Source: a virus (taxonomy: Duplodnaviria > Caudoviricetes). From it: DNA of 64,000 nucleotides. The notes under the pieces were generated by a model that was not told the DNA's origin, ran no database searches, and worked only from the letters and a program-made list of their open reading frames with translations. The stretch lies in the IMG/VR virus record IMGVR_UViG_3300021399_000111, positions 32,001 through 96,000 of that record. One strand, written 5' to 3'. Both the position numbers and the translations under genes were made by a program. Positions 29,714 through 40,645 of this stretch are shown here, one piece after another (the first letter of the stretch is position 1; each line of letters begins with the position of its first letter).

Positions 29714-31528
29714 TCAAAACCCCCATTGACTTAATATATCATTTTCAGTAACTATTTCATAATCTACCATAATTAATTGTGGATCAATTTGGTAATTCCA
29801 TTCATTCTTAACACATTTACATACTGCATTAATTTTACAAGGTTTAGATTGGAACATTTCAATTTCTTCCTCTGTTCCACCAAACTGAATAATATCTGCC
29901 TTAGGCCCACAATATTTTAAAGTATTAGATTTCATAACTTTAAAAGTATTGCTATTTACAGGAATATTTTTTATATAAACATATGAACGACTTATGTTTT
30001 GTCCCCAATAATCATTCATATCCGCAATCTCAAGAATTTTTTCTCCGTCTATTGAATTATAATCCCAAACATAATCTACATAATAACTAGGTTCGGAAGA
30101 AAGGTCTTTAAGTATTTCATCGGTGTAGTCAATAAATTGATATATATAATCTCCTGCTACTTCTTCTTCTCCAGGATAATCATATCCTAAGCCAAGTCCG
30201 AATGCACCTTGATGTCCTTCTGCGAAGATACATCCTGGGGCTGCTGCACAGATATCTTTAAACATCATATCCGCGCCATAACCACGAGCAGAACCTTGAT
30301 AAGAAGTTTTTCCTTCATTGTTGACTACTTTTGTTAAAATAGCAACAGGACGCTGATATTTTGCCATAAATTTATTAGCAACTAATCCAGCAATATTACG
30401 ATCCACTTCTCCTGGTTCAAGCAAAAATAAAAGAACTTTATGTTCCATCATATGATTTTTTTCAATTAAGCCTTCAAGATGTTCAATACCAGCTTCTTCT
30501 GCTCTTGTTTGACGATTTTTTACATTAGTACAAGTTCGCATAGCTTGATCTACTAATCTTTCTTGCTCTCCTAATTTATGGCCTCTTTTGTTAGATAATA
30601 TCATTTTAAATGCTTTATTTTTTAACATTGATTGAAATATTAAATTCTTTTCATCAAATGTCCCACTTCTAACAATAGCATTAACGAATGGAGCAATAAA
30701 GAAAGCAGCCCCCATTGGTGTTAATTGTAAATCATTATAACTAGAAGGTTTATAATCTGGCTTACTAAGTGGAAAAGCATTTTTTTCTGCGATAGCAAAT
30801 ATAAATGGATTTTTAATATTCTTAGATTTAAAACCTTCAAATATTAAAGTTTTTGTTTCTATTGATTTAAGGCTCATCATATCTGCCATATTACCAAGAG
30901 CAACAAGATCTAAATAATTTTCAGCATAATTATTTCCACTAATTTTATCTAAATATCTACAAAATTGCCATACTACTCCGACTCCAGATAAATCTTTATT
31001 TGGATATGAGGATAACTGATTATTAATAATACAAGCATAGTCAGAATTAAGATATTCTGCTTCATGGTGGTCTAAAATTAATATATCTATACCAGCTTCT
31101 TTTAATTTAGCATGCTGTTCAAAATCATTGCTTCCTGCATCTGGAACTATAATAAATTTAAATTCTCCTTCATAAATAATATCCATTGCATCTGATAGAC
31201 CATGCTGTTTTCCTTCATGCAAATAATATTCAAGATGTTCTTCTACAAAAGTAGGAAAACAATCATATAAATAATTTATTAACAATGCGGAGGATGTAAA
31301 TCCATCACAGTCTGCATCAACTATAATTAATGTTTTATCATTTGCGGCAACGTGGCTTACTAGCATCCGAGAAGCTTGTGAAAGGAGTTCTTGACCAAAA
31401 GCCTCAGGAGGATTAACATCTTCCATTGTTGATTCAAGATACTTCTTTATATTTGGAATACCTCTATTATGAAGCACTTGTGTAAGTGCTGAATTATATG
31501 TTGGTTGTTCAATTAATTTTACTTTCAT
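29714..31528 (-). CDS. recJ: RecJ-like ssDNA exonuclease (DHH/DHHA1)
   Basis: DADCDG, ILDHH, LSGVGV, GSARG and EGHQGAFG motifs. Confidence 0.9.
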   Translation of the reverse strand: MKVKLIEQPTYNSALTQVLHNRGIPNIKKYLESTMEDVNPPEAFGQELLSQASRMLVSHVAANDKTLIIVDADCDGFTSSALLINYLYDCFPTFVEEHLEYYLHEGKQHGLSDAMDIIYEGEFKFIIVPDAGSNDFEQHAKLKEAGIDILILDHHEAEYLNSDYACIINNQLSSYPNKDLSGVGVVWQFCRYLDKISGNNYAENYLDLVALGNMADMMSLKSIETKTLIFEGFKSKNIKNPFIFAIAEKNAFPLSKPDYKPSSYNDLQLTPMGAAFFIAPFVNAIVRSGTFDEKNLIFQSMLKNKAFKMILSNKRGHKLGEQERLVDQAMRTCTNVKNRQTRAEEAGIEHLEGLIEKNHMMEHKVLLFLLEPGEVDRNIAGLVANKFMAKYQRPVAILTKVVNNEGKTSYQGSARGYGADMMFKDICAAAPGCIFAEGHQGAFGLGLGYDYPGEEEVAGDYIYQFIDYTDEILKDLSSEPSYYVDYVWDYNSIDGEKILEIADMNDYWGQNISRSYVYIKNIPVNSNTFKVMKSNTLKYCGPKADIIQFGGTEEEIEMFQSKPCKINAVCKCVKNEWNYQIDPQLIMVDYEIVTENDILSQWGF

Positions 31529-32628
31529 TAATAAATATTTATTCTATCCTTAAATAATTTAAGGAATATCTCCTTTCCGCAGTCTGTGGGACTACATTTC
31601 ATTCCTGTTAAATGTTTTTTATCCCAAATAAAAGAGATATTTACAAAACTTCCATATTTTTTATGTATATTTTTTAAATTTTTAATTTTTAATTTTGCTT
31701 TATCACTATTGACATCATAAAAATCATGGTCAAGCCCTATAATAATTTCTTTCACTCCAAGATTAATTAGCAACCATGCTTGATAATTAATAAAAGAGCT
31801 GCCGCACATAGCAACTGCAATATTATTTTCTTGACCAAACATTGTTGCATATTGAAGAACAGATTTTTCTGACTCTAATACAATAGCTTTTTTAATCTTC
31901 TTTATATTATTCTGATTTTGATATAATCCATAAAGATTAAATGAAAGTGGATGATTATACATTTTTCCACCTAATTTCATTGGTAAATATTTTCCATATC
32001 TATCTGCTTGTTCTTGTATTAAAGTTCTTTCTCTTATACCAATTAATCTTCCATGCATATCTCTATGAGGAATAACAATACCTTGATTTTTAGGATCAAA
32101 ACAAATTTCATAATACTCCATTACATCTGGAGTTATATTATCTTGAATCCATGGTAAAATTAATGGATGAGGTAAATTTTTTAAAATTGTATCATCATAT
32201 TCTTTTAATTCAACAATTTGTGTTTCTAGTTCTATATTTTTAATTCTATCATAATTCTCTATATATTCATTATCTTTACTAATACAATTTTCTTCTTCTT
32301 CTATTTGAATAGGATTGTATCCAAAAAATCTTGCTACATAATCTATTGCTTGCGGCAACTGATAATCTATATTTAATTCTCTACTTTTAACTTTCCTTAC
32401 TAATTCAAATATATCAAAAGATTCACCGCATTCAGTAAAACAATGAAATAAATGAGAATTATCATAATAATAAAGTTTTTTAGAATTTCCGCCATGACAA
32501 ATTGTTTTAGATATTAAAAGATTTTCTTGGAGTTGGGGTTCTCCGCCCAACTCCGCAACAATTTCTTTCACTTGAGTAATATCAAGATTATTTTTAATCG
32601 CGTCTTTGTCATACTCATAATTTATCAT
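31528..32628 (-). CDS. DNA primase
   Basis: CH...FHCFTEC zinc finger; TOPRIM ESEKS and GLDHD motifs. Confidence 0.85.
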   Translation of the reverse strand: MINYEYDKDAIKNNLDITQVKEIVAELGGEPQLQENLLISKTICHGGNSKKLYYYDNSHLFHCFTECGESFDIFELVRKVKSRELNIDYQLPQAIDYVARFFGYNPIQIEEEENCISKDNEYIENYDRIKNIELETQIVELKEYDDTILKNLPHPLILPWIQDNITPDVMEYYEICFDPKNQGIVIPHRDMHGRLIGIRERTLIQEQADRYGKYLPMKLGGKMYNHPLSFNLYGLYQNQNNIKKIKKAIVLESEKSVLQYATMFGQENNIAVAMCGSSFINYQAWLLINLGVKEIIIGLDHDFYDVNSDKAKLKIKNLKNIHKKYGSFVNISFIWDKKHLTGMKCSPTDCGKEIFLKLFKDRINIY

Positions 32629-32667
32629 ATCTGAACTAACTCCTAGTTAGCTGTAGTTTAATAAAAA

Positions 32668-34206
32668 CTAGAAAGCTGATTCTTCCTCTATTTTAATTTT
32701 CAAAAGCGGCAAATCAATTACATTATATGCCCAATCAGTTACAAAAATTCCTTCAAAAGAACAAGTACCTGTGTTGGCAACCATCCAGATATAAATTCCT
32801 TTTTGCTTATTTCCTCTGTTTTTATATACACTCATTTTAACATTAGGAATAGGCAAATTGTTTTTATTACAAAAAGGAGATATTTTTTCAATGTCTTCTT
32901 TTCTAACTTCAAGCATAATTGAACCAAAATCTATTCTATCAGCCATAGCTTTAGAACCTCTTAAAAGATTTTGATCTGGAGTCTCTGATACCTGATAATC
33001 AGAATTTAATTGTGTTGAACTTAATACAAAAACTCCATATTGAATAGCAATCTCTTTTAATTTTGAAGCCAAAAGAAAAAGAATATTATCTTCTCGAAGA
33101 TTCTTAACGCCACTCTTTCCGCCAATTTCAGTTAAAATTTTTGCAGAAGAATGAATATAATCAAAGAAAACATATTGAACTTGATTTTCTCTAATATGCT
33201 TTTTAATCATTGCTTCAATATCTTGCATTGAAAAATCTGGCATGCAAACAAATTGAATTTTACTTTGTTTTAATAAGAATTTTGCTTTTTCAATTCGTTC
33301 CCATTCTCCAGCATAATATTCATGCATTAAGATATGATCTTCTTCAACTCCCGCAAGAAATGCGATTGCAGAGGGTTGTATCTCTTGAAGATCTTGCTCT
33401 GTGGCTATGAATAAAGTAGATTGACGAGCACCTGTAGTTACCCATTTATTCTCTTTAGTATTAAATACTTGTGAACAACCAATATAACAAGCGTCACCTA
33501 TCATAGCACGGGTTTTACCAACATTAGTTGCGGCAGATCTTAAATAAAATTTACCTAATCTTGCTCCTCTTGATACTGTAGTTGTGTATATATCAAATAA
33601 AGGATAACCGACTGCGGGGACCTCGGCAAAAGAATCAATTAACTCATCAATGCCCTCCCCGACCTGGCAACCACATTCTTGCATATCCTCCACATACCGC
33701 ATTTTAATATCATCAATTTTATCATTGATTTTATTATAAATATCAGTAAGGGTTGCCGCATCTAACCAATCTTCTTGCTCTTGTTTTCTTTTAACATTAA
33801 GAATTTCATCTGGATCATAAATCCAAGATAAATCCATGCCCATACTTTCATAAGCCCGCAATAAAGACATTTTCTTCATACGATTATAATAGTAATCAAA
33901 AGTATTGGGATTTGCAATTTCTGCAGCTTTAAGTAAAACAGTCTGACCATTATTAGCTTTAAAATTTGCTAATGCTTTTGGTCTTTGAGTAAGATAATCT
34001 TCTATTGCGGGAAGTGTTATCTCTTTAGCCCCTAATTGCCAAAGATTATATATACAACCAAAAAGAAGTTTATGAAAATCATCATAAAAATCTTCTTCAT
34101 TAAATTTATATTTATCATCATTTTCAAATAATTTAGGATTTTTATATACGCATCCAATCACTTGAATTAAATTGGATATTTCACTATACTTACTACTCTT
34201 CATCAT
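32668..34206 (-). CDS. dnaB: Replicative DnaB-like helicase
   Basis: SAATNVGKT Walker A, FFDYIH, STQLN and KNR motifs. Confidence 0.85.
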   Translation of the reverse strand: MMKSSKYSEISNLIQVIGCVYKNPKLFENDDKYKFNEEDFYDDFHKLLFGCIYNLWQLGAKEITLPAIEDYLTQRPKALANFKANNGQTVLLKAAEIANPNTFDYYYNRMKKMSLLRAYESMGMDLSWIYDPDEILNVKRKQEQEDWLDAATLTDIYNKINDKIDDIKMRYVEDMQECGCQVGEGIDELIDSFAEVPAVGYPLFDIYTTTVSRGARLGKFYLRSAATNVGKTRAMIGDACYIGCSQVFNTKENKWVTTGARQSTLFIATEQDLQEIQPSAIAFLAGVEEDHILMHEYYAGEWERIEKAKFLLKQSKIQFVCMPDFSMQDIEAMIKKHIRENQVQYVFFDYIHSSAKILTEIGGKSGVKNLREDNILFLLASKLKEIAIQYGVFVLSSTQLNSDYQVSETPDQNLLRGSKAMADRIDFGSIMLEVRKEDIEKISPFCNKNNLPIPNVKMSVYKNRGNKQKGIYIWMVANTGTCSFEGIFVTDWAYNVIDLPLLKIKIEEESAF

Positions 34207-34717
34207 CAGAATCTCCTAAATTAAAGAATTGTTGTTTTGTACCTCTATATTGCGGAGGTTTAATTAAAATTTCTTTTATTTTTGACACAAGTGTTTTATT
34301 TTTATTCATTTCTTGTGCCATAAATAAATTATAATAATATTGGTAAGCATCATTATAACAAAATGGGACAATACCAATTCCGCCTTGTCCTTTAACAGGA
34401 TCTTTTGGATTGCCTTTTATATCATAAAAATATATTAATGATTTTAATATGCCTGATAAACTATAATTATTTTCATCTTGATATTTTTTTATTTGTTTAT
34501 TAACCAACGCCCAATTAGTTTTATCTCCAAATAATTCTTTAATATATTCTTTTAATTTTTGTAATTCTGGATCTGCTTCTGGCCCCAACGGGACTAACTC
34601 TCCTTCAGGGTAACATGAATAATGAGCATAGCGGCGAGCGCCATGCCTTACCCCTTGAATTAAATTAGTATCAAATTGTTCGCCACATATAGCACATTTA
34701 ACTAGATGTTTTGCCAT
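34193..34717 (-). CDS. Zn-binding protein upstream of helicase (possible loader)
   Basis: CAIC...HYSC motif; start MAKH at 34717; adjacent to dnaB. Confidence 0.55.
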   Translation of the reverse strand: MAKHLVKCAICGEQFDTNLIQGVRHGARRYAHYSCYPEGELVPLGPEADPELQKLKEYIKELFGDKTNWALVNKQIKKYQDENNYSLSGILKSLIYFYDIKGNPKDPVKGQGGIGIVPFCYNDAYQYYYNLFMAQEMNKNKTLVSKIKEILIKPPQYRGTKQQFFNLGDSDDEE

Positions 34718-34865
34718 CCTTGTCCAACTCCTTCCCGCACCAAGGACAATATTTAATACCATAAATTCTATAGTCTGGATCGTCGCATTCAGTTTCTTTT
34801 ATCTGAAAATACCATTCCTTAGTTAAAGGATACCACCAACATTTTGGATGCTGACATTTTTCCAT
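34698..34865 (-). CDS. Small Zn-ribbon protein (not in supplied ORF track)
   Basis: 55-aa ORF MEKCQHPKC...IKYCPWCGKEL downstream of promoter 34900-34928. Confidence 0.55.
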   Translation of the reverse strand: MEKCQHPKCWWYPLTKEWYFQIKETECDDPDYRIYGIKYCPWCGKELDKDGKTSS

Positions 34866-34958
34866 AATTATATTTACCTTTCTATATTATTATACATATA
34901 TTATATCATATTTTTATAAAAAAATCAAGGGGAAGACATTTTTATCTTCCCCTTAATA

Positions 34959-35987
34959 TTAACCTTTTACGAGATCTTTTAATTCTTCATTAATAAGACT
35001 AATTGCTTCAACCTGATCAATTGTAGCATCTTTAATCTTCTTCCCTTTGCCTAAAAACTTTTCAATAATGTGAGAAATTCTAGGCTGCCAATATTCTGCA
35101 AACTTAACTCCATCTTCTGTCTCTCCTGTCGTATCGGATGAGCCAGGAATATTTGCAACAATATTCATAAATTCTTTCATCAATTCATCAAAATCAAGAG
35201 TTGCAGTAGTATCAAGATGAACATTTTCTCTTTTATCAGTAAAAAGTTCTGCTCCATCTTCTTCCATTTGTTTATCAAGAGCATCTCCAATCGCTTTTAC
35301 AAGATTCTCATAACTAAGATCGATATAATCGGGTGTATATTTAAAGCGAGAACCTGCCTCATATCTTGATGTTCCACGCATAAACATTACAACTTTTTCA
35401 TTACCTTCCGCATCAGGTATTGAACGAGTATAACCTATAATATCACACATTCTAGCGAGAACATTATTAGCGCGCTTATCAAGTGTAGGAACGATTTTAT
35501 TGAATTCAGTTCCATTCTCATTCTTAAAAGTCTTATCTGTTTCATGTGAAATAACAACTAAACCATATCCCATCTGAACAATTTGACGAAGACATTCATC
35601 AAATTCTTTTTCAACAAGACCATATCCTTTACCATATCCAATATCACCGATAGCATCTACATTATTATTTGCACAAATATATTTTACACAATAATCATAT
35701 GCAATATCAGCGGTATCAATAATAATAGTCTCAAATTTTTCTTTCGCTTCATCAGTTTTTAACTGACGAAGAACTTGTCTGAACTCACTCCAAGAATTAA
35801 TAGGAAGCGCCATCGCTCCGGGAATTGCGGAATAACCTTTTTCAAATGCAAGAAGAAAATGCTTAGGGAATTTAACTGCTGTAGTAGTCTTACCAGTTTT
35901 CCATCCGCCATACATAAATACTGAATATCCTCTCATATCGCGGCTTACCTGGTGCGGAGCTACACTAAAAATATCAATACTTGCCAT
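34959..35987 (-). CDS. AAA_24 / Sak4-like ATPase (recombinase)
   Basis: YGGWKTGKTT, LAFEKG, IIIDT and VISHE motifs; next to SSB. Confidence 0.8.
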   Translation of the reverse strand: MASIDIFSVAPHQVSRDMRGYSVFMYGGWKTGKTTTAVKFPKHFLLAFEKGYSAIPGAMALPINSWSEFRQVLRQLKTDEAKEKFETIIIDTADIAYDYCVKYICANNNVDAIGDIGYGKGYGLVEKEFDECLRQIVQMGYGLVVISHETDKTFKNENGTEFNKIVPTLDKRANNVLARMCDIIGYTRSIPDAEGNEKVVMFMRGTSRYEAGSRFKYTPDYIDLSYENLVKAIGDALDKQMEEDGAELFTDKRENVHLDTTATLDFDELMKEFMNIVANIPGSSDTTGETEDGVKFAEYWQPRISHIIEKFLGKGKKIKDATIDQVEAISLINEELKDLVKG

Positions 35988-36097
35988 ATACTAAAATCTC
36001 CTTTAAAAAAATCTAAGAACATCTTTCATTTTTGAATCTCGACTGTCTGCGCTCCAGCAGACTATGCTTACTTTAATCTAAATAAAAAAGTTAAAAA

Positions 36098-36124
36098 AGT
36101 GGGGGAGTTTAAAAACTCCCCACT
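36098..36124 (-). terminator. Terminator after SSB
   Basis: AGTGGGGAGTTT/AAACTCCCCACT stem with U-run. Confidence 0.8.
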
Positions 36125-36135
36125 AGAAATTTTAT

Positions 36136-37098
36136 TTAAAAGTTAAATCCACCAAGTTTAGCAGAAGCACTTGCCGCAGCAGTGGGTGTTGCAGCGCCTC
36201 CCGCAGCCTTCTTTGCCTGATACTCATCCTGTCTCTTCTTGACATCTGCGAGATAAACTTCACGATCATTCATAGCCGTCTTAATCTCATCTTCAGTAAT
36301 TCCATTAGTAGCATCACCAATCTCATACATCTTATCTGGTGTAGAGGTTCCAGTGATAACCCACTCTCTTACAGTTCTGGTATATTCCTTAACTGCGGCC
36401 TCACCAAATGCAGACTCTTCTTCTCTCTTGTCAACAATAGTCTGGCTCTGAATATTACCCCAAACCTTAGTGAAAACAAGATTGGAAGGAGAAGCATCAA
36501 GACTAGTAAAATACTTAATTCCGCCTTCATTCTTTACAATAAGCTCAACCGGAAGAAAAGCACCATTAAACTTAAATACGACACCCTTTACAACAAGATA
36601 ATCGTTATTAATATGTCTTTCAGGATCTGCCTCAACGAGACGAGTTCCATTAATAAGCATATCAAATTCAAAAGTATTACGAGTTCCCTCTTCACCAAGC
36701 TTGTTAATAATCTTTACAAATCCGCCTTCATTTCTCTTGGCGGAAACAAGAGTTTCCTCTCCATTTCTATTGCTATAAAAATCATTAAGACCAAGAGCAG
36801 TATCAATATGAACACAAGTTGCATTCTCAAAGCCATCCTTGATAACAGTCTTGCCATTCTCAATGATATTCTTTAAAACATAATAAGTCTCATTTCTGGT
36901 TCCCTTAGAAGTTGTTCCCTTTACAAAAGTAAAATGAACAGTTACAACATTAAGACCCTCATCATCAGTTGCTACATCAATAGATCCAGCAATATAAGGT
37001 GTGCCAGGCATAGTTGACTCAGGTCCACATACCTTCTCTTCAAGGGCAAAATCATGAATTCTTCCTTCAATCTTCTCTTTATTAATTACCTTTCTCAT
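36136..37098 (-). CDS. Putative single-stranded DNA-binding protein
   Basis: OB-like beta-rich body, flexible tail ending GGFNF, high-expression codon bias, position next to Sak4-like gene. Confidence 0.6.
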   Translation of the reverse strand: MRKVINKEKIEGRIHDFALEEKVCGPESTMPGTPYIAGSIDVATDDEGLNVVTVHFTFVKGTTSKGTRNETYYVLKNIIENGKTVIKDGFENATCVHIDTALGLNDFYSNRNGEETLVSAKRNEGGFVKIINKLGEEGTRNTFEFDMLINGTRLVEADPERHINNDYLVVKGVVFKFNGAFLPVELIVKNEGGIKYFTSLDASPSNLVFTKVWGNIQSQTIVDKREEESAFGEAAVKEYTRTVREWVITGTSTPDKMYEIGDATNGITEDEIKTAMNDREVYLADVKKRQDEYQAKKAAGGAATPTAAASASAKLGGFNF

Positions 37099-37177
37099 TG
37101 TAAATTCCTTTCTTAATAAAATTCTTATTTTTACATCTTATAATTTATTATATCATAATTTTTTAAAGATGTCAATA

Positions 37178-37552
37178 TTATTCTACATCAAGGTTAATAT
37201 CAATACCTTTTTGCGTAAGTGTATATACAACAGGAGATTCTCCAATCTTTTCAACATACCCATCAGATACTAATTTTCTTAAGCCACCTGATGCAGTTCT
37301 TGAGCTGATAGTAAGACCTTCTCCAATATCTTTTGCTTTAAAAAGATTATTGTAATTATCTCTATTGTCCTGCATATACTTCAATACAAGTTTCCCATTC
37401 TCAGTAAATGCGGGCTTGTCCTTGTCTTCAGTCATCTGAAGTCCATTCCAAAAATCAAGTGCATCAGATGAAAGAATTTCTTCCATTTTCTGTCCTGTCT
37501 GATTCTGAATGATACTACTTACTTCATTAATAAACATTTCTTTCTTAGTCAT
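37178..37552 (-). CDS. Winged-helix DNA-binding protein
   Basis: FKAKDIGEGLTISSRTASGGLRKLVSDGYVEK...YTLT. Confidence 0.7.
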   Translation of the reverse strand: MTKKEMFINEVSSIIQNQTGQKMEEILSSDALDFWNGLQMTEDKDKPAFTENGKLVLKYMQDNRDNYNNLFKAKDIGEGLTISSRTASGGLRKLVSDGYVEKIGESPVVYTLTQKGIDINLDVE

Positions 37553-37613
37553 TTGTAACTCCTCTTTAAAAATATAATTTATCTTTTATAATTATATTAT
37601 ATAATAATTTTTA

Positions 37614-38399
37614 TTATTTTTCAAGTGATTGATTATAAAAGAGAAGTTCATCTGCGTATGGAAGTTCTTTACACCAATCCACAAATTGATGCCACTCAGT
37701 AAGTTTATGATTAGAACGCCAATGAATTATATTGCGAAGAACCGCATAATTCGCAGTCCATGTTCTCGTTTGAAGCCATGATTCTGGAAGCCAGCGGATA
37801 AGCTCTTTCCAATATCTTTTATCTTTTGTTTCAAGATATTTTTGACGAAGTGTCTCTAAGAAACTTATAATACCTTGAATTTGAATTAAATATGGATCAT
37901 TTAATTGTTCTATTATATTATTATCGTAATCATCAGTTTCAAAACAATCTAATGTAATAGGTGTGCTGGCTAATTTATGCATTGTGCTAGTTGAGTTAGC
38001 TGTAGTGCCTACCTTGTAAGTATCTAGCTCTTTCCAAAAATATAACGGGGCAGTAATGTCAACAGACACAAAAATTTGACGAAGAAACTTATCATTAGGG
38101 CTTCCCGCTTTTATCATTCTTTGAGCAAGATCCATATCATTTTTCCCAATAAAAGCATATTCAGCAATGTATTTACCCCATTGAAGAATTCCTTTACCAT
38201 ATAACTTATCTCTTTCTTCAAAGATATCTTCAGGATCTTCATTATAAGAATATATTACTTCATTAGCGACTTCCTTTAACCATTCATCGCTCTCTGCAAT
38301 ACCAAAAGCACTATCAGATTTTGCGTAACTTTCCATTGGATGTCTTAATCCACGAAAAGCATTTTCAAAATTATAAACTCCTGTATTTTTAAATTTCAT
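37614..38399 (-). CDS. ThyX-like (flavin-dependent thymidylate synthase fold) protein, divergent
   Basis: KFLRQIFVSVDITAPLYFWKELDTY...STSTMH, LPES and RSNHKLTEW resemble ThyX; the canonical RHR motif is absent. Confidence 0.55.
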   Translation of the reverse strand: MKFKNTGVYNFENAFRGLRHPMESYAKSDSAFGIAESDEWLKEVANEVIYSYNEDPEDIFEERDKLYGKGILQWGKYIAEYAFIGKNDMDLAQRMIKAGSPNDKFLRQIFVSVDITAPLYFWKELDTYKVGTTANSTSTMHKLASTPITLDCFETDDYDNNIIEQLNDPYLIQIQGIISFLETLRQKYLETKDKRYWKELIRWLPESWLQTRTWTANYAVLRNIIHWRSNHKLTEWHQFVDWCKELPYADELLFYNQSLEK

Positions 38400-39050
38400 T
38401 TATACAAATTCCTCAACTATTTCATCTATAAAACCTTTGTTTATACCATCTTGCGCATCATACCAAATATCCTCACGCTTAATTTCTGCATATTCTTCTG
38501 GAGTAATATTTGTATATTTTAATACAATATTTTTTACTTTTTCTAATAAACGCTTATAAAATTCAGTATAATTTTCAAATTGACCACTTGTTCCACCATT
38601 ACTGGTAGCACCTTCATGGAATAGAAAAGTACTGTTCGGATATGCAAATCTTTTATGACCAGCGATAAAAACAAAAAATCCCCCAGAATATGCACAACCT
38701 ATATTAATAGTATAAACAGGTGTTTTTGAAATTCTAATAGCATCTATAATTGTAAGGGCATCTCTCAAATACCCTCCATTAGAATCAATATAAATTTTAA
38801 TAGGCTTTCTGTCTTCTATAGGAATAGAATTTTTATTATCATAATTATTCCAAAAACGAATATATCCTTCAATAGAAGAACCAGTACCCGCATCAATATC
38901 TCCAAGATATAGTTCTCTATTTAAAGCACTTTGAAGAATAACTATATCTTCAAAACTTTTAGCGTCATCTTTTGTTTTTTTAGCAAGAGAAGATATTAAA
39001 TCATCTACATCATCAATCTCTATTTCATAGGTTTCATCATAATCTGACAT
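38400..39050 (-). CDS. clpP: ClpP-like serine protease
   Basis: IYIDSNGG, CAYSGG (Ser), FLFHE (His), REDIWY and GFIDEI motifs. Confidence 0.85.
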   Translation of the reverse strand: MSDYDETYEIEIDDVDDLISSLAKKTKDDAKSFEDIVILQSALNRELYLGDIDAGTGSSIEGYIRFWNNYDNKNSIPIEDRKPIKIYIDSNGGYLRDALTIIDAIRISKTPVYTINIGCAYSGGFFVFIAGHKRFAYPNSTFLFHEGATSNGGTSGQFENYTEFYKRLLEKVKNIVLKYTNITPEEYAEIKREDIWYDAQDGINKGFIDEIVEEFV

Positions 39051-39057
39051 TTAATTC

Positions 39058-39981
39058 CTACTTTCCAACTCCTCGATTACTATTATATCCATAATCATAA
39101 GAGTTATATAATTCTATATAATATCTTTCTTTTTCATTAAGTTGATCTCTTGGACATTCTTCTAGAACTTCAAAAGAAAAATTCCATAAGCCGAAATCTT
39201 GCATGGCTTTATATAATTTATTCCCCGCGGGAGTGTCTATCCCAAGTCCACATTTTACATGTTCAGTCCAACGATCTTTAATATTAACCGCCTGTCCAAT
39301 ATAACACTCTTTTGTTTTAATATTTGTAATTTTATAAATACCCATTTTATCAGTTGTGCCAATAATATTTGCAACAAGTCCTTTTAAAGGATCTCTAAAC
39401 CAAGTTTGCCAAATTAGCATGCTAAGTACACGAGGTTTATTAAGTGAAGGTTTAAGAGCTTCAAGTTTTGCTATATCTGATTTATCAGCATCTGAAATAT
39501 TAAAACAATAGAAAGAAAGATTATTTTCTATTTCCCTTTCTCTTCGCTGTGCTTCGATTGCGGCGGCCCTGGTAGCACGAAGCTTGTCAAGATCCTCTTG
39601 ATACTCTTGAGTTTCTTGTATTAATTTAAGTTGAAGATTAGAATATGCTGTTTGCATTGCATCTGTATACATATCATATTCTTCTTCTTTTTCTTTATAT
39701 GAATTCTCAAGTACAAGAACATAATGTTCAAATGCTTCTTGAGAAAGTTGTTTTTGATTTTTTAAGGAATCTTTTAATTCTTGCTGAATTGTAGATAAAT
39801 GTTGTTTATCTTTATCAATAGATTGTATTAAATTTTCTTCTTCTAATAATAATCTTTCATTTTCTTGTTTTAAATTATTATTTTCTTCTTTAATTTTATT
39901 ATCAACTTTAATTTTATTTAATAAACAATAAATAGATACAAATACAGCAATTATAGTTATAATAAATAAAAGTGTATTCAT
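39058..39981 (-). CDS. Membrane-anchored coiled-coil protein with C-terminal GIY-YIG nuclease domain
   Basis: N-terminal TM, long coiled coil, then GIYKITN...YIGQA...RW..H...E..YI...GYN. Confidence 0.75.
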   Translation of the reverse strand: MNTLLFIITIIAVFVSIYCLLNKIKVDNKIKEENNNLKQENERLLLEEENLIQSIDKDKQHLSTIQQELKDSLKNQKQLSQEAFEHYVLVLENSYKEKEEEYDMYTDAMQTAYSNLQLKLIQETQEYQEDLDKLRATRAAAIEAQRREREIENNLSFYCFNISDADKSDIAKLEALKPSLNKPRVLSMLIWQTWFRDPLKGLVANIIGTTDKMGIYKITNIKTKECYIGQAVNIKDRWTEHVKCGLGIDTPAGNKLYKAMQDFGLWNFSFEVLEECPRDQLNEKERYYIELYNSYDYGYNSNRGVGK

Positions 39982-40039
39982 AATAATTTAAAATAAAATA
40001 AAAGGGCTAAGTTATAAAACTTAGCCCTTAAAACATTAT

Positions 40040-40348
40040 TTACTCAGCATCGGGCTTAGCTGCAGCTGCGGCATCCTCTGCCTGAGCTGCTGCATGATCA
40101 TAAGCAAGACCCTCGGCGGTAGCCTGGATAAACTTTACGGGCTTATGAGTGCCATCCTCAAGCTCGATCTCTGCAGGAATTCTCTCTGCGTATCCCTTTC
40201 TCTGAAGACCAGAGGTAACGATACCATTAACGCTCTTTGCTTCCATTCCAAGCGCCTCAGCAATATCAGCTGCTGTCATCTGGACGCCCTGATTCTCCTT
40301 AAGGTAATTCAAAACTACTAAACTCTTCTCAGAAACTGCCTTTGCCAT
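40040..40348 (-). CDS. Small winged-helix DNA-binding protein, likely abundant
   Basis: MTAADIAEALGMEAKSVNGIV..LQRKGY; strong codon bias; terminator at 40002-40028. Confidence 0.7.
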   Translation of the reverse strand: MAKAVSEKSLVVLNYLKENQGVQMTAADIAEALGMEAKSVNGIVTSGLQRKGYAERIPAEIELEDGTHKPVKFIQATAEGLAYDHAAAQAEDAAAAAKPDAE

Positions 40349-40443
40349 AACTTTTGTTCTCCTTTTAATAATAAAATAATTTAAAATGTTACTATAAGTG
40401 ATAGATATTCACTTTTTATAATAATTATACTAGGAAGAAGAAT

Positions 40444-40620
40444 TTAATTTGTTAAGTATTTACTCATAATAATTTCATCTATTTCTAACAAATCATTAAT
40501 AGAACATTCAGATACTAAACGCTCAATTTTTTTCATACTTTCTAATATATTATTTTCATTTTGTTGAGATTCAAGTTCTGCTATCTGCTTAGCAATACTT
40601 TGTAATTTTTCTTTATTCAA
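40444..40620 (-). CDS. Small hypothetical protein (TTG start, not in ORF track)
   Basis: 58-aa ORF (M)NKEKLQSIAKQ... with AAGGAG SD, downstream of duplicated promoters. Confidence 0.5.
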   Translation of the reverse strand: MNKEKLQSIAKQIAELESQQNENNILESMKKIERLVSECSINDLLEIDEIIMSKYLTN

Positions 40621-40645
40621 TTTTATCTATCTCCTTACATTAATA

